Below, piece by piece: positions 35,960 to 45,246 of a stretch of DNA of 64,000 bases. The stretch is from Escherichia phage AV117. The stretch's first letter is position 1. Each line of letters starts with the position of its first letter. The stretch is from sequence record OR352947.1, one strand, 5' to 3'. The notes beneath the pieces were generated by a model. It searched no databases and was not told the origin of the DNA. It saw nothing but the letters and a program-made list of their open reading frames with translations. Position numbers and translations under genes: made by a program.

Positions 35960-36315
35960 TTTCTACATTCCTTAATAAAGTTTTCGATTGTTTCATTTTC
36001 ACGTCTAGCTAGGAGTTCATTATAACTAATCATTTGAGAAGCGTAAACCTTTTTATTTTTCTTGTTATGGTTTATAAAATCGTAGTAAAAATAGACTACA
36101 GTACAAAATGATGCGATGGATGCAAAGGCTTGTGTATACCGTAAGTCCTGCCATTGGTCTGTGAATCCGCCAGTGTTCCCTATAAATCCTAACACAACGC
36201 CGTCAATAAGAAATCCAACTAATCCAAAGGCAAATCCCATGCCAATACTCATAATAAAAATTAGAATGTTCTCACCAAGAGAAGGCCATACGGTTAAGAG
36301 TTGAGGCTTTTGCAT
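35956..36315 (-). CDS. Hypothetical membrane protein with C-terminal FIKECR motif
   Basis: 119 aa; TM helices; ...IENFIKECRK. Confidence 0.5.
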   Translation of the reverse strand: MQKPQLLTVWPSLGENILIFIMSIGMGFAFGLVGFLIDGVVLGFIGNTGGFTDQWQDLRYTQAFASIASFCTVVYFYYDFINHNKKNKKVYASQMISYNELLARRENETIENFIKECRK

Positions 36316-36689
36316 CTTATTTCCTTAACGAATTCCATAGCTTCTTCATATTCATACTTTTTAACAGCTTCATCATACTGAGCTTGGGCTTTTGCGCACT
36401 GAACTTTCCACTCACGAACTCGAGCTCTGTGATGACGGCCTTGGTGCCAATATCCTGCCCAATTAATAGGCATTAATAAAAACGGTACAATAAGTGGTGC
36501 GACGAACATTAATGAAAACGCTGCATCAGACGATATAACTTTATTGGAATCTAAAACAGCTCCTATAATCATAAAGATTAAAAACGCTAAAGCTAAAATA
36601 GGGCCAAATAGTACTTCATTTGGGATTAATTTACGTTTGTATTCGTATGCCCAGGGCTTAATTGGCATGTACAGGGTTGGCTTTGACAT
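36294..36689 (-). CDS. Hypothetical membrane protein with C-terminal FVKEIRC motif
   Basis: TM helices; ...AMEFVKEIRCKSLNS; start ambiguous (36689 or 36668). Confidence 0.45.
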   Translation of the reverse strand: MSKPTLYMPIKPWAYEYKRKLIPNEVLFGPILALAFLIFMIIGAVLDSNKVISSDAAFSLMFVAPLIVPFLLMPINWAGYWHQGRHHRARVREWKVQCAKAQAQYDEAVKKYEYEEAMEFVKEIRCKSLNS

Positions 36690-37254
36690 ATTCTCTACAT
36701 TCCATAATAAATTGCTCAAGGATTAAATTGTTAGTGAAATTAGGACTAACAACCATGGTTTCATAAAGCGCATCAATAGCACTTAAAGCATCAACTCTTT
36801 TAAGCAAAGGCTTGCCTTCATACATAGTTTCAGAATCGACGATTAACGTAAAGTAATATTTTTTATTATCGACTAGAACTTCAGTATCGATATAAAACAT
36901 GTTAGACCTTAAAAGCTTGTCTCTAAAGCCTAAGTAATCATCTGAACGTTCACTGATATAGTCCCATTCAGTGTTTAAACAACAAACAGACCACGTAGGA
37001 GCAACGAAATCAGTGAATCTAATATCATGGTCTGCAACTAGTTTAGCAATAGCTCCGATATCATGAATCATAATACCTGGGGCTAATAAAGATTTTCGGT
37101 TATTTGCATATTCAGTTGTCTCATAAGAAGACGACCAGTACCATTTACGTCCAGTTGCAACATATCGTAATGAATCAACTAAAGACGTAGGTGGATTTAC
37201 CTTATTTCGGAACTCTTCGAACATTGAGTCAATATCATTATTTTGGTTTCGCAT
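36658..37254 (-). CDS. Hypothetical protein with C-terminal FIMECR motif
   Basis: Start at ATG 37254 (MRNQNNDIDSMFEEF...) with SD AAAGGAG; ORF-track start is TTG. Confidence 0.5.
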   Translation of the reverse strand: MRNQNNDIDSMFEEFRNKVNPPTSLVDSLRYVATGRKWYWSSSYETTEYANNRKSLLAPGIMIHDIGAIAKLVADHDIRFTDFVAPTWSVCCLNTEWDYISERSDDYLGFRDKLLRSNMFYIDTEVLVDNKKYYFTLIVDSETMYEGKPLLKRVDALSAIDALYETMVVSPNFTNNLILEQFIMECREYVKANPVHAN

Positions 37255-37272
37255 GTTAACTCCTTTATTATC

Positions 37273-37295
37273 CAAAAGGAGGACCGGAGTCCTCC
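37273..37295 (-). terminator. Hairpin GGAGGAC-UCCG-GUCCUCC with a short U-tract
   Basis: 7-bp perfect stem right after the stop of 37304-37897 and before the SD of the next gene. Confidence 0.5.
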
Positions 37296-37303
37296 GTATT
37301 ATT

Positions 37304-37897
37304 TTATTTCAAAGAGTTAATATATTCTTGTACATCGGCAGAAGTGGTTTCGACACCGGTTGGAGTGCCATTGAACGTTTCAACACGAGTCAGAGTGTCT
37401 TCGATATCAACCTTAGTTAGTGCAGCGATTTCAATTACATCATCGGCCGTAGAGATACCAAGGGCATTGGCTGCTCGAGTTTCACGAATGTATTCGAGTT
37501 TGATTGCCAGATTCTGACGAGCATCATCAAGTTCAACCACCTTACGAGCAATTTCAATTCGCATAGCGGCATACCCGTCAGCTTTTGTATTAAGTTGTTC
37601 GGCAGTTCGACGATACAGAAGACCAAGCTTAGCATGCATGGTAACATCTTGTCCTTCAGCCAGGAGCTTACGAATTTCACGTTCCTTAGAAGCTGCTTGC
37701 TTGTTCTTTTCATTAACAAGTTCGCGAATACGTTTTTCTTCATTAATAGATTTAACAGAAGCCGTTTTTAGTTCTTTGATTTGGGTAATCAACTTATCTG
37801 CAGCTGCGTTATACTGTTCTTCGACAGTCAGATTTTTAGCCATAGCAGTACCCAGTTTAGTGCGGATGAATTCAACAAGTTTCTTCAGTGTGTTCAT
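37304..37897 (-). CDS. Coiled-coil protein (a PspA/IM30-like helical architecture is possible but unproven)
   Basis: 197 aa from ATG 37897 ([10 protein letters not shown]...) with SD AAGGTAATAAT; heptad-rich. Confidence 0.5.
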   Translation of the reverse strand: MNTLKKLVEFIRTKLGTAMAKNLTVEEQYNAAADKLITQIKELKTASVKSINEEKRIRELVNEKNKQAASKEREIRKLLAEGQDVTMHAKLGLLYRRTAEQLNTKADGYAAMRIEIARKVVELDDARQNLAIKLEYIRETRAANALGISTADDVIEIAALTKVDIEDTLTRVETFNGTPTGVETTSADVQEYINSLK

Positions 37898-37938
37898 ATT
37901 ATTACCTTTCAATTGGTGGTTTATTATCCAACGAGAGC

Positions 37939-37967
37939 ATTATACTCTGCTCTCAAGAGTTTGTAAA
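37939..37967 (-). promoter_or_regulatory. Early promoter (TTTACA-N17-TATAAT) in a palindromic cassette (copy B of the 7674-7702 element)
   Basis: Minus strand TTTACAaactcttgagagcagagTATAATgctctc. Confidence 0.5.
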
Positions 37968-38195
37968 TTATTTTTTAATCAAATTGACATAAAACTCGGC
38001 GTCTTCTGGGTGCATGCCTTCGCAGTATTCTTCAACCATGAACTTCTTAACAGCTTCATAAGGACCGCTCAGATTAAGCTCAGTTGTCCAGAATTTGGAA
38101 TCTTGGACTGAATCGATACGAACTTCAGGGTGACGGTTGCGAATAACTTCTTCGGTGTATTCATAATCAACGACATCAATACTAACTGTAGCCAT
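37968..38195 (-). CDS. Hypothetical acidic protein
   Basis: 75 aa; SD AGGAGAAACAAA. Confidence 0.5.
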   Translation of the reverse strand: MATVSIDVVDYEYTEEVIRNRHPEVRIDSVQDSKFWTTELNLSGPYEAVKKFMVEEYCEGMHPEDAEFYVNLIKK

Positions 38196-38224
38196 TTTGT
38201 TTCTCCTCTGTAGTTGATAAGTCT

Positions 38225-38254
38225 ATAGTATCACCATCCTTGGTGTTTGTACAT
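38225..38254 (-). promoter_or_regulatory. Early promoter (TGTACA ... TACTAT)
   Basis: Conserved gataagtctatagta box with inverted repeat CACCAAGGATGG/CCATCCTTGGTG. Confidence 0.45.
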
Positions 38255-38757
38255 CATTTATTTTTAATTTTGCAAATTTTTTCTGCTTCAACAATTGCAG
38301 CGTCAATGATGCTTTGTGCAATTTTATTACTAGTTGACCTGGCAATCACACTAAGAACAATTTCTTTTTCTTCACCACCCCAACCCCAAGTCCTTTGTTC
38401 GTGGGTACCTTTAACTACAGCTGAAACTTCAACAGAACGTCCACCATCAGAAGTTTTAACATCTACAACCCAATCACCATCTTTCTCTTCTACCCTTGAT
38501 TTATCCCAAGAAATACTAATATATGATTCGCTATCAATAGAAGTCGCCGGGTTTTTCTCTACCGTAAGACCTTCACTTTCCAGCCATTCAATAGTATTTG
38601 CGCATAAATCTGAAGAACACCTAATCGGAAACCGGCAAGATTTTTCACCTTTAGCTGCAGCGTTATACATCTTTTCTAAAATACGCTTTTGCACGTTTTT
38701 AAAAATAGTTTCAGCAGATTCTTCAGATTTTTTATTCAGTTCAGTGTAAAGACTCAT
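38254..38757 (-). CDS. Hypothetical protein
   Basis: 167 aa; SD GGGGAGAATATT. Confidence 0.5.
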   Translation of the reverse strand: MSLYTELNKKSEESAETIFKNVQKRILEKMYNAAAKGEKSCRFPIRCSSDLCANTIEWLESEGLTVEKNPATSIDSESYISISWDKSRVEEKDGDWVVDVKTSDGGRSVEVSAVVKGTHEQRTWGWGGEEKEIVLSVIARSTSNKIAQSIIDAAIVEAEKICKIKNK

Positions 38758-38785
38758 AATATTCTCCCCATGTTTTGATAGGTCT

Positions 38786-38814
38786 ATAGTAACACATCTA
38801 GGGAAGAAGTAAAC
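38786..38814 (-). promoter_or_regulatory. Early promoter (GTTTAC-N17-TACTAT), near-identical to the regB promoter cassette
   Basis: About 92% identical over 40 bp to 27072-27112. Confidence 0.5.
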
Positions 38815-38845
38815 AACTTTTTCAGTAAGTTATAGACCCCCTAAA

Positions 38846-38861
38846 GGGACCCGAAGGTCCC
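38846..38861 (-). terminator. RNA hairpin GGGACC-UUCG-GGUCCC (second copy of the 28-bp repeat)
   Basis: 38836-38863 is identical to 20336-20363; sits 3' of the stop of 38868-39494. Confidence 0.45.
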
Positions 38862-38867
38862 CATTCT

Positions 38868-39494
38868 TTACTTACGAGTTTTTGCATACTGAGCAGCGTC
38901 AGCAGCCAAACGACCTGCCTGACGAAGTTTTTCTTTAATCGCATCGTGAAGTGGTTGAGTATACTTCAAACCTTCGATAGTCAAATAAAGACGATAAAGG
39001 TCTGGGGTATCAAGGTTGTTGATATGTTGGCCATTGCGAAGAATATTGAATTCACGAACGAGTGAAGATGTATCGGATTCAATATCGCGAACAAGCGAAG
39101 ATAGTTGTTTATATTTTTTTTCCAGGCTAGAAGTATCAAACTTAAGAGCAGGAGCTTTAGGAGTTGCTTTTACTTCCGGCTTAGGCTCAGGTTTTGCTAT
39201 TGCTTTAGGGGTCGCAGGTTTAGGAATGGTAGGAGCAGGTTTTACTTTAGGCGAACCCGATTTAGCAGAAACACCACCACTAACAATATCTTTGAATGCT
39301 TTAGAAGCTCTGTAATATTCTTTTTGGCTGGAAGTGTCGATACCGTACATGGCTTGAACGTTTTTGAAAAACTCTGTACTAGTTTTTGTACCAGAAATAG
39401 CATCGTAAGCAGCTTGCCATTTCTCTTTTGTCATACGTATACCGGCTTCGGTGATTACTTCCGTTTCGGCTAAAAATTCATTAAAAGTATACAT
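38868..39494 (-). CDS. Putative packaged internal protein (CTS-like N-terminus, Pro/Lys-rich linker)
   Basis: N-terminus MYTFNEFLAE resembles the CTS MKTYQEFIAE; late promoter TATAAATA and SD AAGGA upstream; PKPATPKAIAKPEPKPEVKATPKAP linker. Confidence 0.55.
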   Translation of the reverse strand: MYTFNEFLAETEVITEAGIRMTKEKWQAAYDAISGTKTSTEFFKNVQAMYGIDTSSQKEYYRASKAFKDIVSGGVSAKSGSPKVKPAPTIPKPATPKAIAKPEPKPEVKATPKAPALKFDTSSLEKKYKQLSSLVRDIESDTSSLVREFNILRNGQHINNLDTPDLYRLYLTIEGLKYTQPLHDAIKEKLRQAGRLAADAAQYAKTRK

Positions 39495-39529
39495 TGATGG
39501 TCCTTAGAAAGTAGGTTTATTGTTTACTA

Positions 39530-39537
39530 TATTTATA
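39530..39537 (-). promoter_or_regulatory. Late promoter TATAAATA
   Basis: Exact minus-strand TATAAATA 36 nt upstream of ATG 39494. Confidence 0.45.
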
Positions 39538-39567
39538 CAAAAAAGCCCCAACCTTTCGGAAGGGGCT
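39535..39567 (-). terminator. Rho-independent terminator closing the tRNA/small-RNA transcription unit
   Basis: Hairpin AGCCCC-uuccGAAAgguu-GGGGCU followed by UUUUUUG; sister of the terminator at 23466-23498. Confidence 0.55.
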
Positions 39568-39599
39568 ATATACCTTGTCGGGGTTTCCACCTACTAGGT

Positions 39600-39780
39600 A
39601 AGTGTTTTTACGAAACGCCGGGATTCGAACCCGGTTATTAAGCAGTTGACGCTACTCAATATTTTTAAAAGGCCATATCTCGACCATATCCGAACGTTCC
39701 GTCAAAAACGCTACTCGGCTTACGGCAAAGATATTTCCTCGAATCGATAATTCTGTGCGCCGTTTCTGCTGTGATGTAAG
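39600..39780 (-). ncRNA. Putative stable small RNA region (tRNA-like T-arm; possibly a T4 rnaC/rnaD-like species or a tRNA remnant)
   Basis: ORF-free; canonical T-arm CCGGG-UUCGAAU-CCCGG at 39618-39634 on the minus strand but no pairing acceptor stem; position matches the T4 stable RNAs downstream of tRNA-Arg. Confidence 0.2.
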
Positions 39781-39869
39781 GGGGTATTAACAAATCGTAA
39801 AGATTTATTAAGACCAGTCCTTACTCAGGGAACATCAGTCCGACGTCTTGCCGGTAGCGACCCGGCTTC

Positions 39870-40214
39870 TTATTTTGGCATATCATCAATTTGCTCTCGA
39901 CGCCGACGCCATAGATTAATCGCTTCATAAACACATTCAGCATTTGGTATATGGCGACAATAGTATAGTGATTCGCGTTTCTGGAACCGATGTTGTAATG
40001 GAATTTCGTTTAAAAGGTCTTTACGGTCAAAGTATTCAAAACTAGTTAACCCGGAACGGTTTTTAAGAAACTTCCAATGTCCGAATTCATTTTGAAAATA
40101 AACGTAATCAGCGTGTTGATATAACGAATTAATCAACCGGTCGGAAATAACTGTATCCTGTTCGTTAAAATAAAACGTTAAATCATGAACTACCAAATAA
40201 ATATTGCCTTTCAT
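39870..40214 (-). CDS. Hypothetical protein embedded in the tRNA locus
   Basis: 114 aa from ATG 40214 (MKGNIYLVVHDLTFYF...) with SD GAGGAAAAT; the ORF-track start would overlap tRNA-Arg. Confidence 0.5.
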   Translation of the reverse strand: MKGNIYLVVHDLTFYFNEQDTVISDRLINSLYQHADYVYFQNEFGHWKFLKNRSGLTSFEYFDRKDLLNEIPLQHRFQKRESLYYCRHIPNAECVYEAINLWRRRREQIDDMPK

Positions 40215-40232
40215 ATTTTCCTCACTTGAAGT

Positions 40233-40309
<77 letters not shown>

Positions 40310-40312
40310 GAT

Positions 40313-40387
40313 TGGTGACCCTGGCTGGTTTCGATCCAGCTACCTATCAGTTATGAGCTGACAGCTCTCCCATTGAGCTACAGGGCC
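40313..40387 (-). tRNA. tRNA with anticodon CAU (Ile, lysidine-type, or Met), CCA encoded
   Basis: Hand-folded: acceptor GGCCCUG/CAGGGUC, D-arm GCUC/GAGC, anticodon arm GUCAG-CUCAUAA-CUGAU, T-arm GCUGG-AUCGAAA-CCAGC; 3 nt from tRNA-Arg. Confidence 0.7.
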
Positions 40388-40466
40388 TTAATAACTTTCT
40401 ATTATGAAAGGCACTTTAGAGCACCTTTGGTAATAGAGGGTATGAATTAATAATAACACATAATTC

Positions 40467-40982
40467 TTAAAGCAAATCAACCATTTTAACGGTTGGCAAA
40501 ACAATTTCTTTTTCAATATAAGCAAATTCGACACGTTCAACTACACGCAAGAAATCGTAATCATAGTATTCAGAAGCATAACCAAGAATATCAATAAGAC
40601 CTTGAGATATCTCATCGCCTTTCACAAAGAACAGGTCGAATACACGTGATTCATCTTCTTCAGATTTATTACCGAGGTCGACTTCAATATCAAAGACCTT
40701 TTTAATAAATTCCGGATAAAGCTGGTCTGAGAACAGCCCTTCAACCAAGTATTCATAGATTAAAAGCGAGCAATCACTGAATGGTGTATTACCACAATAA
40801 CGTTCGGCTTTGGTGCTAGAATGACGGCTCTTAAATTTCTTCAAGAGATATTTAAACTGTTGGAGCTCATGCTCTTCCACTTCAAACAATGTTTTGGTTT
40901 TATAGTTGTCACCATCATTTTCATAGGTAGTGACATCAATTACGTAACCCTTAGGAATTGTACTGCCTAAACAAATATTCAT
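40467..40982 (-). CDS. Hypothetical acidic protein
   Basis: 171-aa ORF. Confidence 0.5.
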   Translation of the reverse strand: MNICLGSTIPKGYVIDVTTYENDGDNYKTKTLFEVEEHELQQFKYLLKKFKSRHSSTKAERYCGNTPFSDCSLLIYEYLVEGLFSDQLYPEFIKKVFDIEVDLGNKSEEDESRVFDLFFVKGDEISQGLIDILGYASEYYDYDFLRVVERVEFAYIEKEIVLPTVKMVDLL

Positions 40983-40986
40983 TTAC

Positions 40987-41277
40987 TCACCGTACCATAT
41001 TAATGTAATTATATTCAATGCAACGTAATTTCAAAGGATTCTTGAAAATATCATATTCAAGAGGACCTTTTTCTGTTTCAATAAAGAAATCAAAGTTCAC
41101 ACTATTAAATTTGCGGTCTTCCCAAAGTAATTTAACCTGTGAAGATGAACGGTCGACGTAAACCTTTTCAACTTCAAAGTGGGTCAAAATACCATAGTAA
41201 TCGACTAGTGCTTTAGCTGCAGCTCGGTCGCTTTCATATCCATTCTCAACGGATTTTACCTTAGCATAAAGAATCAT
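40987..41277 (-). CDS. Hypothetical protein
   Basis: 96-aa ORF. Confidence 0.5.
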   Translation of the reverse strand: MILYAKVKSVENGYESDRAAAKALVDYYGILTHFEVEKVYVDRSSSQVKLLWEDRKFNSVNFDFFIETEKGPLEYDIFKNPLKLRCIEYNYINMVR

Positions 41278-41636
41278 GAATGTTCCACCATTTCAAAGGT
41301 ATGAGCATCAACAATATGATACCAGTCAAAATTTTCTTCTGCGTTTTTATAAATTTCGCGAAGAGCCTCAACAGTTTTTCCTGTAGCAACAAGGTCGTCA
41401 ATACCACCAAGAGGATAACAGTCATAACCAGCAAACAGAAGGAAATTAATAGTTTCTGTAGGTTCTGGATGCAGAACTCCGTTATCGTCTACCACTTCAA
41501 AGAAAGTGTAAGAAGGAGTACAAGTTTTAATCCAGGCCCATGCTTGAGCTGCTGAATCAAACGGATTACGGAATAAACGACAATCAGGGTCTTTAGAAGG
41601 ATTTGCTTCAAAATCAGCATATACATGATATTTCAT
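41274..41636 (-). CDS. Hypothetical protein
   Basis: Start at ATG 41636 (MKYHVYADF...) with SD AAGGTGAGTAAA; ORF-track start is TTG. Confidence 0.5.
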   Translation of the reverse strand: MKYHVYADFEANPSKDPDCRLFRNPFDSAAQAWAWIKTCTPSYTFFEVVDDNGVLHPEPTETINFLLFAGYDCYPLGGIDDLVATGKTVEALREIYKNAEENFDWYHIVDAHTFEMVEHS

Positions 41637-41637
41637 T

Positions 41638-41823
41638 TTACTCACCTTTTGCAATTTTATCCATAACGATAGCGATTAAGCCGATTAGAAATGCTACTAC
41701 CAATGAGATAGAGTTTTCAGTTGTTGTCAGTAGTCCACAAATGAATCCTACAAACATCGAAAAACTAAAAGCCATTGAAGCAATTACTACAGCAACATTA
41801 CGAATCAGTTCAGCGCGTTTCAT
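41638..41823 (-). CDS. Small membrane protein
   Basis: Start at ATG 41823 (MKRAELIRNVAVVIASMAF...) with SD GGAGAAATAAA; two hydrophobic helices. Confidence 0.45.
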   Translation of the reverse strand: MKRAELIRNVAVVIASMAFSFSMFVGFICGLLTTTENSISLVVAFLIGLIAIVMDKIAKGE

Positions 41824-41860
41824 TTTATTTCTCCATTTACTCATTTGATTTGATAGGACT

Positions 41861-41890
41861 ACTATAACATAGTCCTATCGTGTTGTAAAC
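41861..41890 (-). promoter_or_regulatory. Early promoter (GTTTAC-N18-TATAGT) in palindrome GATAGGACT/AGTCCTATC
   Basis: One mismatch from the cassette at 35118-35160. Confidence 0.5.
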
Positions 41891-41893
41891 TAC

Positions 41894-42181
41894 TTACAGA
41901 AGAGTTTTTGCAATAATTTTAAGCTGAGCTACAGAAATATGCTTAGCTTTAAACAGTGCAGTCTCTTCAGCCGGAGAGATAACAATAGTAGCGCCATCTT
42001 TCTTAGCAGACCATCCATCCCCTAAGTAAACAGTACCTTTTACTTCTTCGCCGTCAACCAGACTAATCATTGGTTTACCCTCACGTCCTTTATTTGCTTT
42101 AATAACTTCGGAAGTAAGGGTTGCTTCAGTCAGAGTAGAAACGTTAGCAACAGGTGATATAAATTCTTTATAGGTTTTCAT
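41894..42181 (-). CDS. Internal protein (IPI position) with capsid targeting sequence
   Basis: N-terminus MKTYKEFISP; sits next to 57B as ipI does in T4; mature region not recognisably T4 IPI. Confidence 0.6.
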   Translation of the reverse strand: MKTYKEFISPVANVSTLTEATLTSEVIKANKGREGKPMISLVDGEEVKGTVYLGDGWSAKKDGATIVISPAEETALFKAKHISVAQLKIIAKTLL

Positions 42182-42215
42182 TTTATTTCCTTGAGGTCGT
42201 TTATTTGATAGGATG

Positions 42216-42245
42216 ATAGTATCACGCCATCATCCTTATGTAAAC
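42216..42245 (-). promoter_or_regulatory. Early promoter (GTTTAC-N18-TACTAT) with inverted repeat AGGATGAT/ATCATCCT
   Basis: Minus strand GTTTACataaggatgatggcgtgaTACTATcatcctatc; SD AAGGAAATAAA precedes ATG 42181. Confidence 0.5.
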
Positions 42246-42257
42246 TGTTTTGTGAAA

Positions 42258-42943
<686 letters not shown>

Positions 42944-42947
42944 TTTA

Positions 42948-43682
42948 TTACCTTAAGATTGTTTCAATTTTAGAATAAAGCTCTTCTAAAGAGCCGTCGT
43001 TTGTAATAACTAAATCGCCTTCTTCAATAGGCAATCCAGCTTCTGTAATATGTTTATCGGTGGATTCCGTACCAGAGCGAACCACATGAATAACTGTAGC
43101 ACCCATCGCTCTAGCGGTTTCCATTTCATGGACTTGGCGTGTATCGGTTACAACATAGTAATCGAAATCACTTCCAATATAATCCATATAGTTTAATGCA
43201 AAAAGTTTAACCCAATACATACGGTCAAATAAATTAACGACAACATCCGTACCGAGGGCTTGCATAAGACGGCGGATTGACCATGTGTCGTTGATATTAT
43301 TTATAGCTTCACGCAGGGCTTCATATGGTTTAATATCTAGATATGAATACCCACCTTCTAATGATGATAATACTTTAACATTATTAATTGGTAAATATTG
43401 GCTTTGTAAATAAATTAGCGTTTCTTCCATTAATTCAATAACATCCAACTTATTGATATTTAATGGTGTTTCACGGTCGTATCCAACACCTTCAAAGTAT
43501 TCATATTTCAACTCGGTGAATACATCAGGGTTTTCGGCGTGTTTACGCTCCCAAGCTATTGCTAGAGCGTCTTTAATCGGATATGCCAATTGGTATTTTA
43601 CGGATTTAAAGTTTGAATTGATGTAATCAGCAGTAGTGTCTTTACCACTACGTTTGATGCCGCTTAAAAAGATTAGCTCCAT
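42948..43682 (-). CDS. 1: dNMP kinase gp1
   Basis: 244 aa, MELIFLSGIKRSGKDTTADYI... (P-loop), ...RRLMQALGTD..DRMYWVKLFAL... Confidence 0.85.
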   Translation of the reverse strand: MELIFLSGIKRSGKDTTADYINSNFKSVKYQLAYPIKDALAIAWERKHAENPDVFTELKYEYFEGVGYDRETPLNINKLDVIELMEETLIYLQSQYLPINNVKVLSSLEGGYSYLDIKPYEALREAINNINDTWSIRRLMQALGTDVVVNLFDRMYWVKLFALNYMDYIGSDFDYYVVTDTRQVHEMETARAMGATVIHVVRSGTESTDKHITEAGLPIEEGDLVITNDGSLEELYSKIETILR

Positions 43683-43735
43683 AGGTTTTCCTCATATAAT
43701 TTATGAGTGATTATAACATACGGAGCTAGAAGCGA

Positions 43736-44320
43736 TTATCGCAAGGAAGGGTGTCTAGAAATGGATTTAGATTCGACTGCTTGACGTGGTTGTTGAGATA
43801 CAATGACTTCGCCATCCTTTTCTATTGTCATATACGCGTAGTGAATAGTTGCTACGCACGTAACGGCAGGGTCAGAGTCTTCAGTGTAACTAAATTCAAT
43901 TTCACTCAAATCAGAAATCCATGGTTTATAGAAATTTGCCGTCAAAACTACTTCGGTCTTATTGTTGTTTAAAATGTGCAAAGTCACAAACTCAGGACCA
44001 TCTGAGTGGGCCGTATTATGTCCGGTTATATAGTTATTAGTGCTGAGCATCCATTTATACATGTTCATCCAGGACGTCATGTCTTCATCAACTATAAATC
44101 GTACAATAAAAGGGTCATATTCAAATGTGGTGCCTGCGCGCATTGCACGTCCTAACCCCATTGTGCCTGTCACAGTTTCAACAACAGGAATTCTCACACC
44201 TGGCAATGGTGCCGTTTGGGCATTGAGCACAAAACCTGAAGTTCGTGTACTATCTGGGATATCCACAACAAAGTTTGTTATATTTGTTTGGTTAAAAATC
44301 TGTCTCGCTGGACGAGTCAT
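43736..44320 (-). CDS. 3: Tail completion / sheath stabiliser gp3 (call by synteny)
   Basis: Start at ATG 44320 with SD GAGGTG; position between 1 and 2 as in T4. Confidence 0.55.
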   Translation of the reverse strand: MTRPARQIFNQTNITNFVVDIPDSTRTSGFVLNAQTAPLPGVRIPVVETVTGTMGLGRAMRAGTTFEYDPFIVRFIVDEDMTSWMNMYKWMLSTNNYITGHNTAHSDGPEFVTLHILNNNKTEVVLTANFYKPWISDLSEIEFSYTEDSDPAVTCVATIHYAYMTIEKDGEVIVSQQPRQAVESKSISRHPSLR

Positions 44321-44422
44321 AAGCACCTCAAAAACGCTTTAATAAAAATGCAGTATAATGGTTTTAGGTCTCTTCCATTAATCCGGTTCAACAGAATATC
44401 AGAAGAACGGAAGAGAATAGAA

Positions 44423-45244
44423 TTAAGATTTCCAAACAGTATTCGCAGAGAAACGTTTTCCTTTTGACATAAACTGTTGAGTAGGTAACATGATTATGTT
44501 AGCCCAGTCTTTAGGAGCTATTTCTGTTATTGTTCCTCTAATGTGGCCTGGCAGGTATGCTTTAATCATTTTGTCAGCACCTTGAAATCCTTTCACCTTG
44601 CTCCAGTCTATCTTCAACTTTGTGTTATTAGTAATAGTAGTTGTGCTAGCATATTGCTTCAGCAATTCTTCAAGAAACTGTTGTCGTGCTTTAGGCGGGA
44701 TATAGTGCAAGTTTAACCCATACATCAAATTATGTTTACCTAATCCTAAATAAATAATCAAAGGATATCGGTCCCAATACGGCAGAGTATCTTTATGTTT
44801 AGCATCATACACGTAAGTATAAATTTTGCCTGGCGTAGGCTTGACTACTTTATGACCTTTTACACTTTTCTTAATTGTTTCAACAAACCATTTAGATGAT
44901 TTGTTGTTTACTGCTGCGCCTTCATTTCTAATCTTTTCTCGTATTGAACTGCGAAACGAGTTTATCATCAGAAGTTGACGTTCTTGCTTATTGAGTTTAT
45001 TTTTAGGTTTAGATTCAAGCGTTTCAATTTTCTGTGCAGTCTTAATAGATGATGCATATCTAGACATTGCAGATGTAAACGACGAGTATTTTATTCCTTT
45101 TGATTCTGCAAATGCTTTTGCCGTGATTCCTTTCTCTTTAGCTTTCTTGTATTCTAATCCTATCTCAATCCATTTTCTTTCATTCATAGACTGAGCAATC
45201 TTAGGGGCTTGTACGCCTTCAGATATAATTTGGAATATGCTCAT
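44423..45244 (-). CDS. 2: DNA end protector protein gp2
   Basis: 273-aa basic protein at the T4 gene 2 position. Confidence 0.7.
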   Translation of the reverse strand: MSIFQIISEGVQAPKIAQSMNERKWIEIGLEYKKAKEKGITAKAFAESKGIKYSSFTSAMSRYASSIKTAQKIETLESKPKNKLNKQERQLLMINSFRSSIREKIRNEGAAVNNKSSKWFVETIKKSVKGHKVVKPTPGKIYTYVYDAKHKDTLPYWDRYPLIIYLGLGKHNLMYGLNLHYIPPKARQQFLEELLKQYASTTTITNNTKLKIDWSKVKGFQGADKMIKAYLPGHIRGTITEIAPKDWANIIMLPTQQFMSKGKRFSANTVWKS

Positions 45245-45246
45245 AA

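Noticed and set aside
37304-37897. Assigning the coiled-coil protein as a PspA/IM30 homologue
   Set aside because: Only a general helical, heptad-rich resemblance; no specific motif match could be verified by eye, so it is left as a coiled-coil protein.
39600-39700. Possible third intact tRNA around the T-arm at 39618-39634
   Set aside because: The T-arm is canonical, but I could not find a 7-bp acceptor stem or an anticodon arm by hand, and the 3' end lacks CCA; kept only as a low-confidence tRNA-like RNA or remnant.
39870-40214. Calling the tRNA-locus ORF a GIY-YIG homing endonuclease (by analogy with T4 segB)
   Set aside because: The N-terminal GNIYLVV does not continue into the GIY-x10-YIG pattern and the protein is only 114 aa; no endonuclease motifs were identified.
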